From contig JALNLB010000003.1 in NCBI GenBank assembly GCA_023267885.1, forward strand, positions 12,792 to 76,791: 64,000 nucleotides of DNA, read 5' to 3'. The stretch is from Candidatus Terraquivivens ruidianensis (lineage in GTDB: Archaea > Thermoproteota > Nitrososphaeria_A > Caldarchaeales > Wolframiiraptoraceae). The notes beneath the pieces were generated by a model. It made no database searches, was not told where the DNA came from, and was given only the letters and a program-made list of their open reading frames with translations. Shown piece after piece: positions 37,990 to 47,710 of this stretch (position 1 is its first letter; each line of letters opens with the position of its first letter). The position numbers were made by a program, and so were the translations under genes.

Positions 37990-38727
37990 TTACCGTGCGG
38001 GTACGAATGCACTCGTAACTTCTTCCCATCTGAGTACGAACATGAGCGGCCTAGCTCCGGTGGACTCAGCAATTTCGGATAGCAATGCCTTTACGCTGGA
38101 CGGCTCGACACCCAGCTTAACTGAAAAGGCATAGCTAAGGGGCGTAAGAACCTTCATCTCGACGACATTATCGCTAACTCCTCTCGAATCCATGAACTCC
38201 TCGGCTTCAATCGGTGTAAGGTCCAGAGCTAGGACGGCATCTAACCCGCCCCTCAGAAAGTCCATGAAAAAATTAACGGAAAGGTCCGAAATAGTCCCCT
38301 TCATGGGAATGATGCCTAAGGGGAGTCTCTCGACTATGCCAAATGTTCTGATAAACTCGCTCCGTCCTATCCTTTTTATCTTCAATCGTGCCATGAGTTT
38401 CTTAACAGGAATCGCAACTGTTGAGGTTTTACCACTTTCATTTGGGTATATAACGTGTATTTCCTTAGATGAACCAACCTCAGAAACCTTTGAGGTCCTT
38501 TCTTCTCCCTGCCCGACGGATACTGGATAGTAGCAAAGCTTGTCCAGCACGTTAAGCGTAAATTTCGCGCCATCACCCTTAACGACAAACCAGCCATCAT
38601 CGTTAAACTCGACTGAAGCCTGCGTGTTGGCCCTTTCCAATAGTATGCGTAACCAAGAGTTCATGTCTGACAGAACCTTCGAGCTATCCTTTCTCCAAGT
38701 CCTCTCGGCTATAGGTATGGCAACCAT
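37990..38727 (-). CDS. Hypothetical protein
   Basis: 245 aa with no recognisable motif. Confidence 0.35.
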   Translation of the reverse strand: MVAIPIAERTWRKDSSKVLSDMNSWLRILLERANTQASVEFNDDGWFVVKGDGAKFTLNVLDKLCYYPVSVGQGEERTSKVSEVGSSKEIHVIYPNESGKTSTVAIPVKKLMARLKIKRIGRSEFIRTFGIVERLPLGIIPMKGTISDLSVNFFMDFLRGGLDAVLALDLTPIEAEEFMDSRGVSDNVVEMKVLTPLSYAFSVKLGVEPSSVKALLSEIAESTGARPLMFVLRWEEVTSAFVPAR

Positions 38728-38812
38728 TCTAAACGAACCAATTGGGGAGCTTGCCGAAAAACTTTAGCAAGTTTTAAATAAGTAATGCTAACAACATTAT
38801 TAACGAAATCTT

Positions 38813-40135
38813 TTGTACGAGAAAGGCACGCAAAAAGTATTGGATGCTTTACTGAACGATAAGTTTACGGATGGAATTATAGGACCAAGCGTAAAGATGC
38901 TGGGCCCGGTTAAAAACGGTGGCCTAATACTCTACGTAACGACGCCGGGATGCTGGGGTCCGATGATCACACCTACTATAAGAGGAGGCCACGAGGTCAA
39001 CGTTCCTGTAGCAGTCGATGATGCGTCTGTCGGTGATGCCGTAGCCATAAGTATCGAATCGATAAGGGTTAGGTCCAAAGCAACGTCGTCTGGAACGGAC
39101 AGGCCTGTTAACGGCGCCTACGTCGGAGACCCTTACGTGGCAAAGAAGTGTCCCAACTGCGGTGAGCCTTGGCCGAAATCAGCACTCGAGGGCATAGGCT
39201 TGGAGGCAATAAAGTGCGAGAAGTGTGGTTCACCTTCGTCTCCCTTTAGGATGGTTAATGGTTACACAATCGTCTTCGACGAGCGTAGGTGTCTCGGCGT
39301 GGCTGTCAGAGAAGAGGTAGCAAGACGTCTCGCGGCCGATGGTTACGCTTGGATGGACATACCGAGAAACTCAAGGCAATTCCCCGTGATAATTGCGGCT
39401 AAGGCTGACTTAGTAGGTCTCTCCATGAGGCTGAGACCGTTCCTTGGCCAGCTTGGAACCACACCCAGCGTCGACATACCTGACTCCCATAACGCTGGAG
39501 ACTTCGGCACATTCCTTATAGGCGCGCCCCACAAGTATGCGATAACTGAGCAGCAGTACAAGGAGTGTATAACGGACGGTCACCTCGACATAGACTCCGT
39601 GAGGGAGGGCGCTGTACTCGTCGCGCCCGTAAAGCTGGATGGTGCTGGAATCTATGCTGGTGATGCCCATGCCCAGCAGGGAGATGGTGAAGTAGCCGGA
39701 CACACAACGGACATCTCGGCCGAGGTTAAGGTTAGGGTAAACGTGATAAAAGGTCTGAACCTAAAAGGGCCGCTCCTCTTCCCACCACTTGAAGACCTAC
39801 CGCCGCTAGCCAAGCCAATGTGTGTCGAAGAGTGGGCACTCGTTAAGAGGCTGGCGAACGAATATGGCTTAGAACCAGAACCATGGTTGCCAGTCCAAGT
39901 CATAGGAACGGGTCCGAACATAAACAAGGCTGCCGAGACGGGCTTTTCGAGAGCCTCCGAGCTATTCGATATGTCCGTGGATGAGGTGAGGAACAGGGTG
40001 ACCGTGGCTGGTGCCGTGGAGATAGGTAGGCTGCCGGGCGTGGTTCAGGTCACGTTGCCCGTACCCGTGAAGAAGATGAAGGAGTTGCGGCTCTACGAGA
40101 TAACCAAGAAGTTATACGCACCGCCCTTTGAATAA
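38813..40135 (+). CDS. Acetamidase/formamidase (FmdA_AmdA family) with an inserted Zn-ribbon
   Basis: 440 aa. CPNCGE...CEKCG is inserted in the N-terminal half. Confidence 0.7.
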   Translation: MYEKGTQKVLDALLNDKFTDGIIGPSVKMLGPVKNGGLILYVTTPGCWGPMITPTIRGGHEVNVPVAVDDASVGDAVAISIESIRVRSKATSSGTDRPVNGAYVGDPYVAKKCPNCGEPWPKSALEGIGLEAIKCEKCGSPSSPFRMVNGYTIVFDERRCLGVAVREEVARRLAADGYAWMDIPRNSRQFPVIIAAKADLVGLSMRLRPFLGQLGTTPSVDIPDSHNAGDFGTFLIGAPHKYAITEQQYKECITDGHLDIDSVREGAVLVAPVKLDGAGIYAGDAHAQQGDGEVAGHTTDISAEVKVRVNVIKGLNLKGPLLFPPLEDLPPLAKPMCVEEWALVKRLANEYGLEPEPWLPVQVIGTGPNINKAAETGFSRASELFDMSVDEVRNRVTVAGAVEIGRLPGVVQVTLPVPVKKMKELRLYEITKKLYAPPFE

Positions 40136-40210
40136 AGAAGCTCAGCGCAACTAACTTTACCGTCGTTCGTTAGTTTTAGTGTGGGATATCGAAAGAACTA
40201 ATCCGATTGC

Positions 40211-40218
40211 TTTATATT
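40211..40218 (+). promoter_or_regulatory. TATA box for tfe (tttatatt)
   Basis: It lies about 28 nt upstream of the GTG at 40246, inside the track-predicted ORF start. Confidence 0.45.
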
Positions 40219-40245
40219 TTTGCGCGTAGCATACGTATCTTTGGG

Positions 40246-40761
40246 GTGCCGGACTTCCTGTTGATAATCGACGAGGATACGGTCCTCGAGGTGATGAGGT
40301 TGGTCGGCGGCGAAGAGGCGGTCAGCATAGTGAGATTCCTAATAAAGAACCCGTCCAAAAGCGATGAGGAGATAGCCTCTGCCCTAGGAATGAATATAAA
40401 GGACGTGAGAAAAATTCTCCACAAACTCATCGAGTATTCCCTTCTTACGTATGAGGTAGCAAAGGACAAGGACACGGGACATAGGATATTCAGGTGGAGG
40501 GTTCAGCAGGACCAAGTCTTAGGCTATATAAAGACTCAGATAAGGAGGATGACAGAAAGGCTCAGGGCTAGGCTGGAGTACGAGCGGTCCCATCAGTTCT
40601 ACTATTGCGGCACGAAGGGGTGCAGGAAGTATACTTTCGAAGAGGCCGTCGATAAACTCTTCAAATGTCCAGTATGCAATAACACGTTGAACTACTACGA
40701 TAACAGCAGGATGATAGAGGCGCTTACGCAGAAACTTCAGGTCTTGGAGAAAGCGATTTAG
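40246..40761 (+). CDS. tfe: Transcription factor E (TFE alpha; TFIIE-alpha homolog)
   Basis: Winged helix (DEEIASALGMNIKDVRKILHKL) plus a C-terminal Zn ribbon (CGTKGC...CPVC). The start is re-assigned to a GTG downstream of the TATA box. Confidence 0.75.
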   Translation: MPDFLLIIDEDTVLEVMRLVGGEEAVSIVRFLIKNPSKSDEEIASALGMNIKDVRKILHKLIEYSLLTYEVAKDKDTGHRIFRWRVQQDQVLGYIKTQIRRMTERLRARLEYERSHQFYYCGTKGCRKYTFEEAVDKLFKCPVCNNTLNYYDNSRMIEALTQKLQVLEKAI

Positions 40762-40784
40762 TCTCCCACCCGCATCTAAATTGT

Positions 40785-41315
40785 ATGAAATTGGTCGTCT
40801 TGAGGCTGGGCCATAGGTTACACAGAGACGAAAGGGTTACGACGCACGTTTGCCTGACCGCTAGGGCATTCGGTTGCGATGGCATCATCATTTCGGGACA
40901 GCCGGATGAGGGTGTGAAGAAATCTGTGGAGGACGTAGTCCAGAGATTCGGCGGCAAGTTCTTCATTGAGATAAGGCAAGACTGGATGAAAGTTATGAAA
41001 GGTTGGCTGGAGTCCGGGGGCGAAGTGGTGCACCTGACTATGTACGGGCTCCCGTTGCCTGAGGTCATCGAAGGGATAAGGTCCTCTGACAAGGATAAGC
41101 TCATCGTCGTAGGCTCCGAGAAGGTACCGAGGAAAGTTTACGAGATGGCAACATGGAATGTATCCGTGACGAGCCAACCAATATCCGAGGTTGCGGCGCT
41201 GGCCGTCTTCCTTGACTGGTTCCAGCAGCATCGTGAATTTTACATAAACTTCGAGAATGCAAAAATTAAGGTGATCCCCTCACCAAGGGAAAAGAAGGTA
41301 GTACGTCTTGCATAG
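40785..41315 (+). CDS. trm56: tRNA (cytidine56-2'-O)-methyltransferase aTrm56 (SPOUT)
   Basis: MKLVVLRLGHRxxRDxRVTTHVCLTARAFG. Confidence 0.85.
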   Translation: MKLVVLRLGHRLHRDERVTTHVCLTARAFGCDGIIISGQPDEGVKKSVEDVVQRFGGKFFIEIRQDWMKVMKGWLESGGEVVHLTMYGLPLPEVIEGIRSSDKDKLIVVGSEKVPRKVYEMATWNVSVTSQPISEVAALAVFLDWFQQHREFYINFENAKIKVIPSPREKKVVRLA

Positions 41316-41404
41316 TGGACCAAAGAGTGTACGGGCGCCTCACTATATTGTCGTCTTATCAAAGAAAGCGCGTTTGTAAAGTCGTAGGGCTCTTTATCCT
41401 CTTG

Positions 41405-42211
41405 CTAGATGCTTATCCCGAAAATACTTAAGATGAATTTTAGAGAAACGTATAGGAAGACGATTCCGAAGACCAGTTTTATATAAGAGGCTGGAACCTT
41501 TGGTACAAGTCTTGAACCTATCTGCGCTCCTATTGCCGTTCCAGCTCCAAGGGATAGCGCAGCAACCACATCTACCAATCCTTGATATATCTTGAACGCT
41601 CCCGAAATGACCGCCATGCTTATGAATGATGCTAAAGACGTTCCTACAGCTATCTTAACAGGTGATCCGAGAAGATATATCATCGAAGGAACTAAAGCGT
41701 AGCCACCCCCTAGACCGACGATACCCGTTAGCACCCCTATGATGAGCCCTATTGATGATTTAGCTAAAGCACTTCCAGGAACGAGGTTTCCAGTTTTTGC
41801 CTCCACTCTTCTCTTAATACCTCCCTCGTATATCATTCTTAGAGAAACGTATAGAAAGGCTACTCCTAAGATAATTTTTAGTAATGGTAGTTGTCCCACT
41901 AGATACTGGAAAGTAATCGAACCGAGTAACGCACCTACTGCGCCTGACATGGCCACGATTATTGTAGTTCTATAATCCACGTTTCTTATCTTTATATGGG
42001 CTATCGAGCCTGATGTTGCCGTGATTATAACGGCAGTAATAGTCGTCCCAATGGCTACAGGCAAGTTATAGTTGAAGAGGAAGTAAAGGGCTGGAAGCAT
42101 CACAACACATCCACCAGTTCCCAAGAATCCCCCAAGAATCCCTGCAAGCAAACCAAAGATTATTAAAACAATTACGAATATTATCTCCATAGATGCCCAG
42201 ATATTGTCCAA
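41405..42211 (-). CDS. TauE/SafE-family sulfite/anion exporter (DUF81)
   Basis: 268 aa with two internal repeats of GxxGG membrane motifs. Confidence 0.8.
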   Translation of the reverse strand: MDNIWASMEIIFVIVLIIFGLLAGILGGFLGTGGCVVMLPALYFLFNYNLPVAIGTTITAVIITATSGSIAHIKIRNVDYRTTIIVAMSGAVGALLGSITFQYLVGQLPLLKIILGVAFLYVSLRMIYEGGIKRRVEAKTGNLVPGSALAKSSIGLIIGVLTGIVGLGGGYALVPSMIYLLGSPVKIAVGTSLASFISMAVISGAFKIYQGLVDVVAALSLGAGTAIGAQIGSRLVPKVPASYIKLVFGIVFLYVSLKFILSIFGISI

Positions 42212-42575
42212 TATAGCTATATTTAAATATAGCTATATTTTACTTTTGAATATGCATCTAAAAATGAGAAACCTAAACAGGTTTAAAGCTAAAATCTTCA
42301 GAACTCTCTCAGACCCTGCGAGGCTTAAAATTCTGGAATGCTTGCGTAACGGAGAAAAGTGCGTCTGCGAAATCGTCTCATATGTTGGGATAGCCCAGCC
42401 GATGGTTTCTAGGCATTTATCCATTCTAAAGAAGTGCGGGCTCATTATGGACAGGAGAGAGGGAAACAAGCGGTTCTATTCTGTGACCAATCCAGCCATA
42501 TTCAAGGTAATCGACATGATTGACAAAAGCTTTGCGGATATTCTTACAAAACACGTTATTAAGCAAATAGTTTAA
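42204..42575 (+). CDS. ArsR-family HTH regulator
   Basis: LSDPARLKILECL...CVCEIVSYVGIAQPMVSRHLSILKKCGL. Confidence 0.85.
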   Translation: MSNIAIFKYSYILLLNMHLKMRNLNRFKAKIFRTLSDPARLKILECLRNGEKCVCEIVSYVGIAQPMVSRHLSILKKCGLIMDRREGNKRFYSVTNPAIFKVIDMIDKSFADILTKHVIKQIV

Positions 42576-42607
42576 AGGAAAAGCAATACGCCAAATACCC
42601 AAATAGT

Positions 42608-42704
42608 TGGTGGGCCGGCCCGGATTCGAACCGGGGATTTCCACCGCTTCCTGTAGTCTTAGCCTAAGTCAGGGTGGCGTCATACCAGGCTAGACCACCG
42701 GCCC
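42608..42704 (-). tRNA. tRNA-Val(GAC) with an approximately 20-nt anticodon-loop intron. CCA is encoded.
   Basis: The reverse complement reads GGGCCGG..CCACC CUGAC[intron]GC GGTGG..CCCGGTTCGAATCCGGG CCGGCCC A CCA. Confidence 0.75.
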
Positions 42705-42801
42705 TAAGTATTCAAACCCCAAGCTGTTGATATATATCTATATCCTTAAACAGACGTCTTTCGGACGGCTGATGGATTTTCAACGTGAACGTAACGCGAG
42801 G

Positions 42802-42990
42802 CTACGCGCGATTCCCGTTTGCTTGCTGCGCTCCGTACGGCTGAGCCTCCTGTTCGTTGAATTTCTCCAACAACCTCCTGATGGCGTCCTTAACGAACTC
42901 CGCCCTACTGCTATACCCTGCCTTGTACAGTATCCTATCTATTTGAAGACCTATCTCCTCTGGAATCTTCACGGTTACGTAGCGTGTCAT
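42802..42990 (-). CDS. Ribbon-helix-helix (CopG/NikR-N-like) DNA-binding protein
   Basis: 62 aa, TRYVTVKIPEEIGLQIDRIL... Confidence 0.6.
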   Translation of the reverse strand: MTRYVTVKIPEEIGLQIDRILYKAGYSSRAEFVKDAIRRLLEKFNEQEAQPYGAQQANGNRA

Positions 42991-43205
42991 AGAGGTTCAT
43001 GTATGACACTAAAAGCTAATTGATAAACATAACTAAGTTTTTTGTAAGAAAAATATAGGAACAGAATTTTTGGACACTTTTTGCGGATAATCCATGTAAT
43101 ACTTTATATTATGGTGCAAAAATCTTAAAATATGCATAGGACAATGATTACGCAAACTTCTGTGCCCTCTTTCTATTATAGAAGCACCGCAGGAGGATCT
43201 GGGGC

Positions 43206-44009
43206 ATGGATTCCTTCCTTTTGATGTTGAACGAGGTTCTAACGGATGCGAGTAAGGCGTTGTCTAGCAAGTCAAGGTACGACATACTGACCGCTCTGTC
43301 AAAAGGAAAGATGACGATACTGCAGATTGCAAAGGAAACTGGCCTAAGCCAGATGACCGTTAGGTTTCACCTTAAAACGCTGATTGAGGCAGGTCTAGTA
43401 AGGAGAAGTAACGCGTGTAGGACTGGAGGAGCTGGAAGACCGGGTACGTTGTACGAGCTCTCTAAATCCTTAACGATGATGTCGTTCCCGCCTAGGCAGT
43501 ACATGCTTTTGTCATACGTGCTTCTGTCGGCTCTTAAAGAATCTTTGGGAGAGGTACAAGCAAGAGCCGTCATGTACCGATTTGGTAAGAAATTAGGCCA
43601 GAGCTTCAGGATGGATATCGAAAGGGTCTTCATGAATGATAACGACTATACCGCAGAAAAATTCGCCAACCATCTGATTAACGCATGTTTTAAAAAGATT
43701 GGAATAATCGCCGAGCCTGCCAAGGTCGATGAGAAGGAATTGGTCTTAAAGTTCTACAACTGTCCTTTCGAGGAAGTGGCGCGGAATTATGCAGGCTTAA
43801 TCTGCGATGGGTTTGACAACGGCTTTTACGACGGTTTGTACATGAATATGCACAACAGGAGCTTTATGTGGAAAAAAACAAAGAGCATAGTAAAAGGAGA
43901 TGAATGCTGTGAGCATATAATATTCCTAACTTCGGGAGATAACAAAAAGCCATTCTACGAAAACAATATAAATAATCAGAAGAGCGTCAAATTCCAGGTG
44001 CCCCGGTAG
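43206..44009 (+). CDS. HTH (ArsR/MarR-like) regulator fused to a V4R-like sensory domain
   Basis: N-terminal wHTH (MTILQIAKETGLSQMTVRFHLKTL). C-terminal Cys-containing V4R-like domain (CPFEE...CDGF...CCEH). Confidence 0.5.
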   Translation: MDSFLLMLNEVLTDASKALSSKSRYDILTALSKGKMTILQIAKETGLSQMTVRFHLKTLIEAGLVRRSNACRTGGAGRPGTLYELSKSLTMMSFPPRQYMLLSYVLLSALKESLGEVQARAVMYRFGKKLGQSFRMDIERVFMNDNDYTAEKFANHLINACFKKIGIIAEPAKVDEKELVLKFYNCPFEEVARNYAGLICDGFDNGFYDGLYMNMHNRSFMWKKTKSIVKGDECCEHIIFLTSGDNKKPFYENNINNQKSVKFQVPR

Positions 44010-44109
44010 CGCAGATCGGGAGCGCGCCCGGCTGAAGACGTGTTGTTAGTCACCGGGGTGTCGTGGGTTCAAGGTCTCCTTAAAGGAGATGGAAATCCCA
44101 CCCGGGGCA
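44000..44109 (+). tRNA. tRNA-Phe(GAA) with two introns (14 nt in the anticodon loop and about 20-22 nt in the T-loop)
   Basis: GCCCCGG..GCGC..CCCGG CUGAAG[..]A CCGGG GUGUC GUGGG UUCAA[..]AU CCCAC CCGGGGC A. The 5' end overlaps the stop of the upstream CDS. Confidence 0.7.
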
Positions 44110-44123
44110 TCGCATCAACTTTT

Positions 44124-44699
44124 TTATAATCTAATGAAATACCTCCTCCACAACAGGAGCGTAAGGTATCCGGCCAAAGCTCCGCTAAAGGTACCGCCCA
44201 TCAATATGGCGACGTAAAGCCAGGGCGACCATGGCATGAAGCCCAACATGACGGTTACATACATGCTCAGGATACCGATAGTACCCGTGCTCAACGTTAA
44301 GGCAACTATAAGCCTACCAGCCCTTACGTCGCCACTCAAAGTTTTTACTTTAAATATGTAAAAAAGGCCATCTATCGTCAGACCGTATGCTATGGCGAAG
44401 ACTAAGGAGAACGTGAAGAAGCCCGGCCTCCATATCTGCGTCAACAGCCCGCCTATCGTGGCAACGTATGTGGCGCCCATCCTGCCAAGCAGCAAGGAGG
44501 ATAGCGAGAGGAGTAGCGCTTGGACTATCACCAAAAGCTTGTCGAGTGGTGAGGGCAGTATAACTTTAGATACGAAGATGATGATGCCGAAGAGGGTGGC
44601 CGCGGCAATCCTTTTGGTTAAAGGTTTAGCGGTAGTCATGTTTTTGGCAGCATTCACTATGCACTTACTATTCTTTTTAACCTTTCCCTTTGCGACCAA
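44124..44699 (-). CDS. Polytopic membrane protein
   Basis: 191 aa with 5-6 TM helices. Confidence 0.4.
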   Translation of the reverse strand: MVAKGKVKKNSKCIVNAAKNMTTAKPLTKRIAAATLFGIIIFVSKVILPSPLDKLLVIVQALLLSLSSLLLGRMGATYVATIGGLLTQIWRPGFFTFSLVFAIAYGLTIDGLFYIFKVKTLSGDVRAGRLIVALTLSTGTIGILSMYVTVMLGFMPWSPWLYVAILMGGTFSGALAGYLTLLLWRRYFIRL

Positions 44700-44808
44700 A
44701 AATTTCCTGATAAAATAACTAGCTGGAGTTTTTAAGCTTAAGTTTACGGTCAGTAAACTTTAATTCAAAGCTCCCAACAACTGTTATACTCAGCTTGGGT
44801 GTTTTTCC

Positions 44809-45351
44809 ATGAGAGCTGAGGATGAGGCGCTTCTAAGGGTAGCGGAGTTGATGGCTTTGAGCGCAAGGACTGCGCCGAAGGCGAGGGGTACGGACTCGCT
44901 GAGCGTAGCAATCGTCCACGATGAGAATGATAAAGAGAAGCTGGCAAAAACTATGGAGGAGTTGGCCGACGAACTCGGACAGGCGTTCTTTAAGCGAGAT
45001 GCGCAGAACGTGAGGCAATCGCCAGTCGTCTTCTTGCTTGCTGTGAAGGCCACGGAGCCGAAGCGATTGGATTGCAGCGCCTGCGGGTATAGGACGTGTA
45101 GCGATTTTGAAAAAGCACCGAAGAGTATGGGCAGAGCCTACAGGGGGCCAACGTGTGCTATGTATGTCACAGACCTAGGCATAGCAGCAGGCTCAGCAGC
45201 AAAGACGGCAAGCATGCTCAACGCTGACAACAGGATAATGTACACGATAGGTACGGCAGCCCTTAGGCTTGGGCTGATAGAGGGCGACATTGCCTTGGGC
45301 ATACCGCTCTCGGCGAGTGGGAAGAGCCCGTACTTCGACAGAAAATTTTAG
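44809..45351 (+). CDS. Ferredoxin-domain protein (DUF2148/COG4739-like)
   Basis: CSACGYRTC...C cluster motif, 180 aa. Confidence 0.4.
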   Translation: MRAEDEALLRVAELMALSARTAPKARGTDSLSVAIVHDENDKEKLAKTMEELADELGQAFFKRDAQNVRQSPVVFLLAVKATEPKRLDCSACGYRTCSDFEKAPKSMGRAYRGPTCAMYVTDLGIAAGSAAKTASMLNADNRIMYTIGTAALRLGLIEGDIALGIPLSASGKSPYFDRKF

Positions 45352-45353
45352 GG

Positions 45354-46904
45354 CTAGCAGGCCTCTATCGTGCTCGGCGGCTTTGGCGTCGTGGCATACG
45401 CTACCATCGTCACGTTACCTACTTCGTTCACTATCCTTTTCGATATTCTATCGAGCAAATCCATATCTGGCCTGTACCAATCTGCCGTCATTCCATCCTC
45501 GCTCTCGACAGCCCTTACTACGACCACGTAACCCTCGGCCCTAACGTCTCCCATCACACCTGTCCAAGAGCTATCGGTTACTACGGCGAACGCCTGCCAA
45601 ACCTTATCGTAAACTCCAGCCCTCCTGAACTCCTCCTCAACTATCGCGTTGGCCTCTCTGCATATTCTGAGCTTCTCCTCCGTGACCTCGCCGATTATCC
45701 TGACGGCCAGTCCAGGCCCTGGAAACGGATGGCGTGACACTATCTCTTCGGGTATGCCGAGCTTCCTAGCAACCTCCCTGACCTCGTCCTTGTAAAGGTC
45801 CCTGAGAGGCTCCACGAGCTTCAACCTTAAGCCAGCGGGAAGGCCTGCCACGTTGTGATGAGTCTTTATGAGAGCAGAGCCAGAGCCCGCGAAGCCGCTC
45901 TCTATCCTATCAGGGTAAATCGTCCCTTGGGCCAGCCAACGAGCCTTAGGTATCTTCGCAGCCTCCTCCTCGAAGACCTTCGCGAACTCCTCGCCGATAA
46001 TCCTCCTCTTCTCCTCCGGGTCCTTCACACCCTTAAGCCTTAACAGGAACCTGTCTGCTGCTTTCACGAAAACGAGGTTAACTATGCCCATGCGTCTCAG
46101 GGTCGAGACAACCTGCTCCGTCTCGCCCTTTCTCATTAAGCCGTGGTCGACGAATATGCAGTAGAGCCTCTCGCCGAGCGTCCTACCCAGCAGGACGGAT
46201 GTCGTGACGGAATCGACGCCTCCGCTGACGGCGCAGACAACGTACTCGTTTGGCGGAACGGTTGCGGCTATCTCCCTGCTCATCTCCTCGACCCTGTCCA
46301 TGGGCTTCCAGTCGCACCTGAAGCCGCAAACATCCACCAAGAACCTCCTAAGTATCGCGTTTCCCATCTGGGTGTGCTTAACCTCGGGATGGAACTGGAC
46401 GCCGTAAATCGGCCTTTCGGCATGTCTCATGGCAGCTACGGCACGCCTTTCAGTTAACGCCAAGACTTTAAAATCGAATGGAGACCTCACCACAGAATCC
46501 ATGTGGCTCATCCACGCGATGAACTGCTCCGGCATGTCCATGAACAGAACGTCTCGCTTGATAACCCTGACAGACGTCCTGCCGTACTCCATGAGGGTGC
46601 CGCGCTCGAGCTCTCCGTTGAAAGCCCGGGCTATGAGCTGGTGGCCATAGCATATGCCGAGCACTGGGACTGGGACCTTCGATAAATCTTCGGCCGAGAG
46701 TTTCGGAGCATCTGGCTCGTCGACGCTTCGAGGACCCCCGGACAGAATGATACCAAGGGTTTCATAATTCCCCGAAAAAACTTCCTCGAGGGACGTCCTG
46801 AAGGGCACTATCTCAGAGTACACGCCAAGCTCCCTGCACCTCCTAGCTATCAGGTGCGTGTACTGTCCGCCGAAGTCTATTATCGCTACCCTCTGCGGCC
46901 TCAT
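45354..46904 (-). CDS. guaA: GMP synthase (glutamine-hydrolysing), fused GATase plus ATP-pyrophosphatase
   Basis: GICYGHQ and SGGVDS motifs. The start is taken at MRPQRVAIID. Confidence 0.9.
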   Translation of the reverse strand: MRPQRVAIIDFGGQYTHLIARRCRELGVYSEIVPFRTSLEEVFSGNYETLGIILSGGPRSVDEPDAPKLSAEDLSKVPVPVLGICYGHQLIARAFNGELERGTLMEYGRTSVRVIKRDVLFMDMPEQFIAWMSHMDSVVRSPFDFKVLALTERRAVAAMRHAERPIYGVQFHPEVKHTQMGNAILRRFLVDVCGFRCDWKPMDRVEEMSREIAATVPPNEYVVCAVSGGVDSVTTSVLLGRTLGERLYCIFVDHGLMRKGETEQVVSTLRRMGIVNLVFVKAADRFLLRLKGVKDPEEKRRIIGEEFAKVFEEEAAKIPKARWLAQGTIYPDRIESGFAGSGSALIKTHHNVAGLPAGLRLKLVEPLRDLYKDEVREVARKLGIPEEIVSRHPFPGPGLAVRIIGEVTEEKLRICREANAIVEEEFRRAGVYDKVWQAFAVVTDSSWTGVMGDVRAEGYVVVVRAVESEDGMTADWYRPDMDLLDRISKRIVNEVGNVTMVAYATTPKPPSTIEAC

Positions 46905-47099
46905 TCCTACCGTACTCGGATAAAGCATCGTAGGCGCACGAATTAAAGCTGTCTGTTGCAGTAATACTAAACAATTAAGCGATGTTCTTGGAAAATTCTC
47001 ACAGAGCATGACTTAATATGGATGGATGGGCTTGCCACCGTCCTTTAGGCTAAATTTTAAGAGCACCCGTACGCGTTTAAAGCTTGTCGGGCTTTGGAC

Positions 47100-47175
47100 G
47101 GGCCGGTGGTCTAGCGGCTATGACGCTGCCCTTACGAGGCAGAGGTCGTGGGTTCGAGTCCCACCCGGCCCACCA
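47100..47175 (+). tRNA. tRNA-Val(UAC), intron-less. CCA is encoded.
   Basis: Canonical cloverleaf with anticodon loop CUUACGA. Confidence 0.85.
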
Positions 47176-47710
47176 AGGTATTGGAAGTCTTAAGCTTAGG
47201 AACTTGTATAACAACAATCTCTATGAACCACTCACGCACATCCATATATCGGTATGACGTTTGCCACATCATATAATGCGTGCTCAAAGCATCTGGCCAT
47301 CGAGAATACTCTGAAATTGCAGAGAGGTAGGACCGGTGGAAAACCTACAAGTTTGAACCTCCTTTCTAGGAATTATGTACCTCGTTTTTCTAGCATGGTT
47401 GTTCATTCCCAAGTTTCTTTAAACACCCTTTCATAGATAATGTAACCGCGACAGTGCTATAATATCAGACGTACCGTCATAGAACCATCATCGACCACGT
47501 TTATTTCATAAGTACCATTATAAACTTGCGAGATTAAGGATGGTGCATAGCACCTACCGTTTGTTATTGTGAGCACGACACCTATCGGATAGCTCCATTC
47601 TGCACCATGAATCGTCCAGATGCTGCTAGGCTGAAGACTGATCATGAACAGAGCTCTCGTGTTATTTCAGGTTCCGAACGGTTATGTGAACTTTCGACCA
47701 AAAGGATAGT

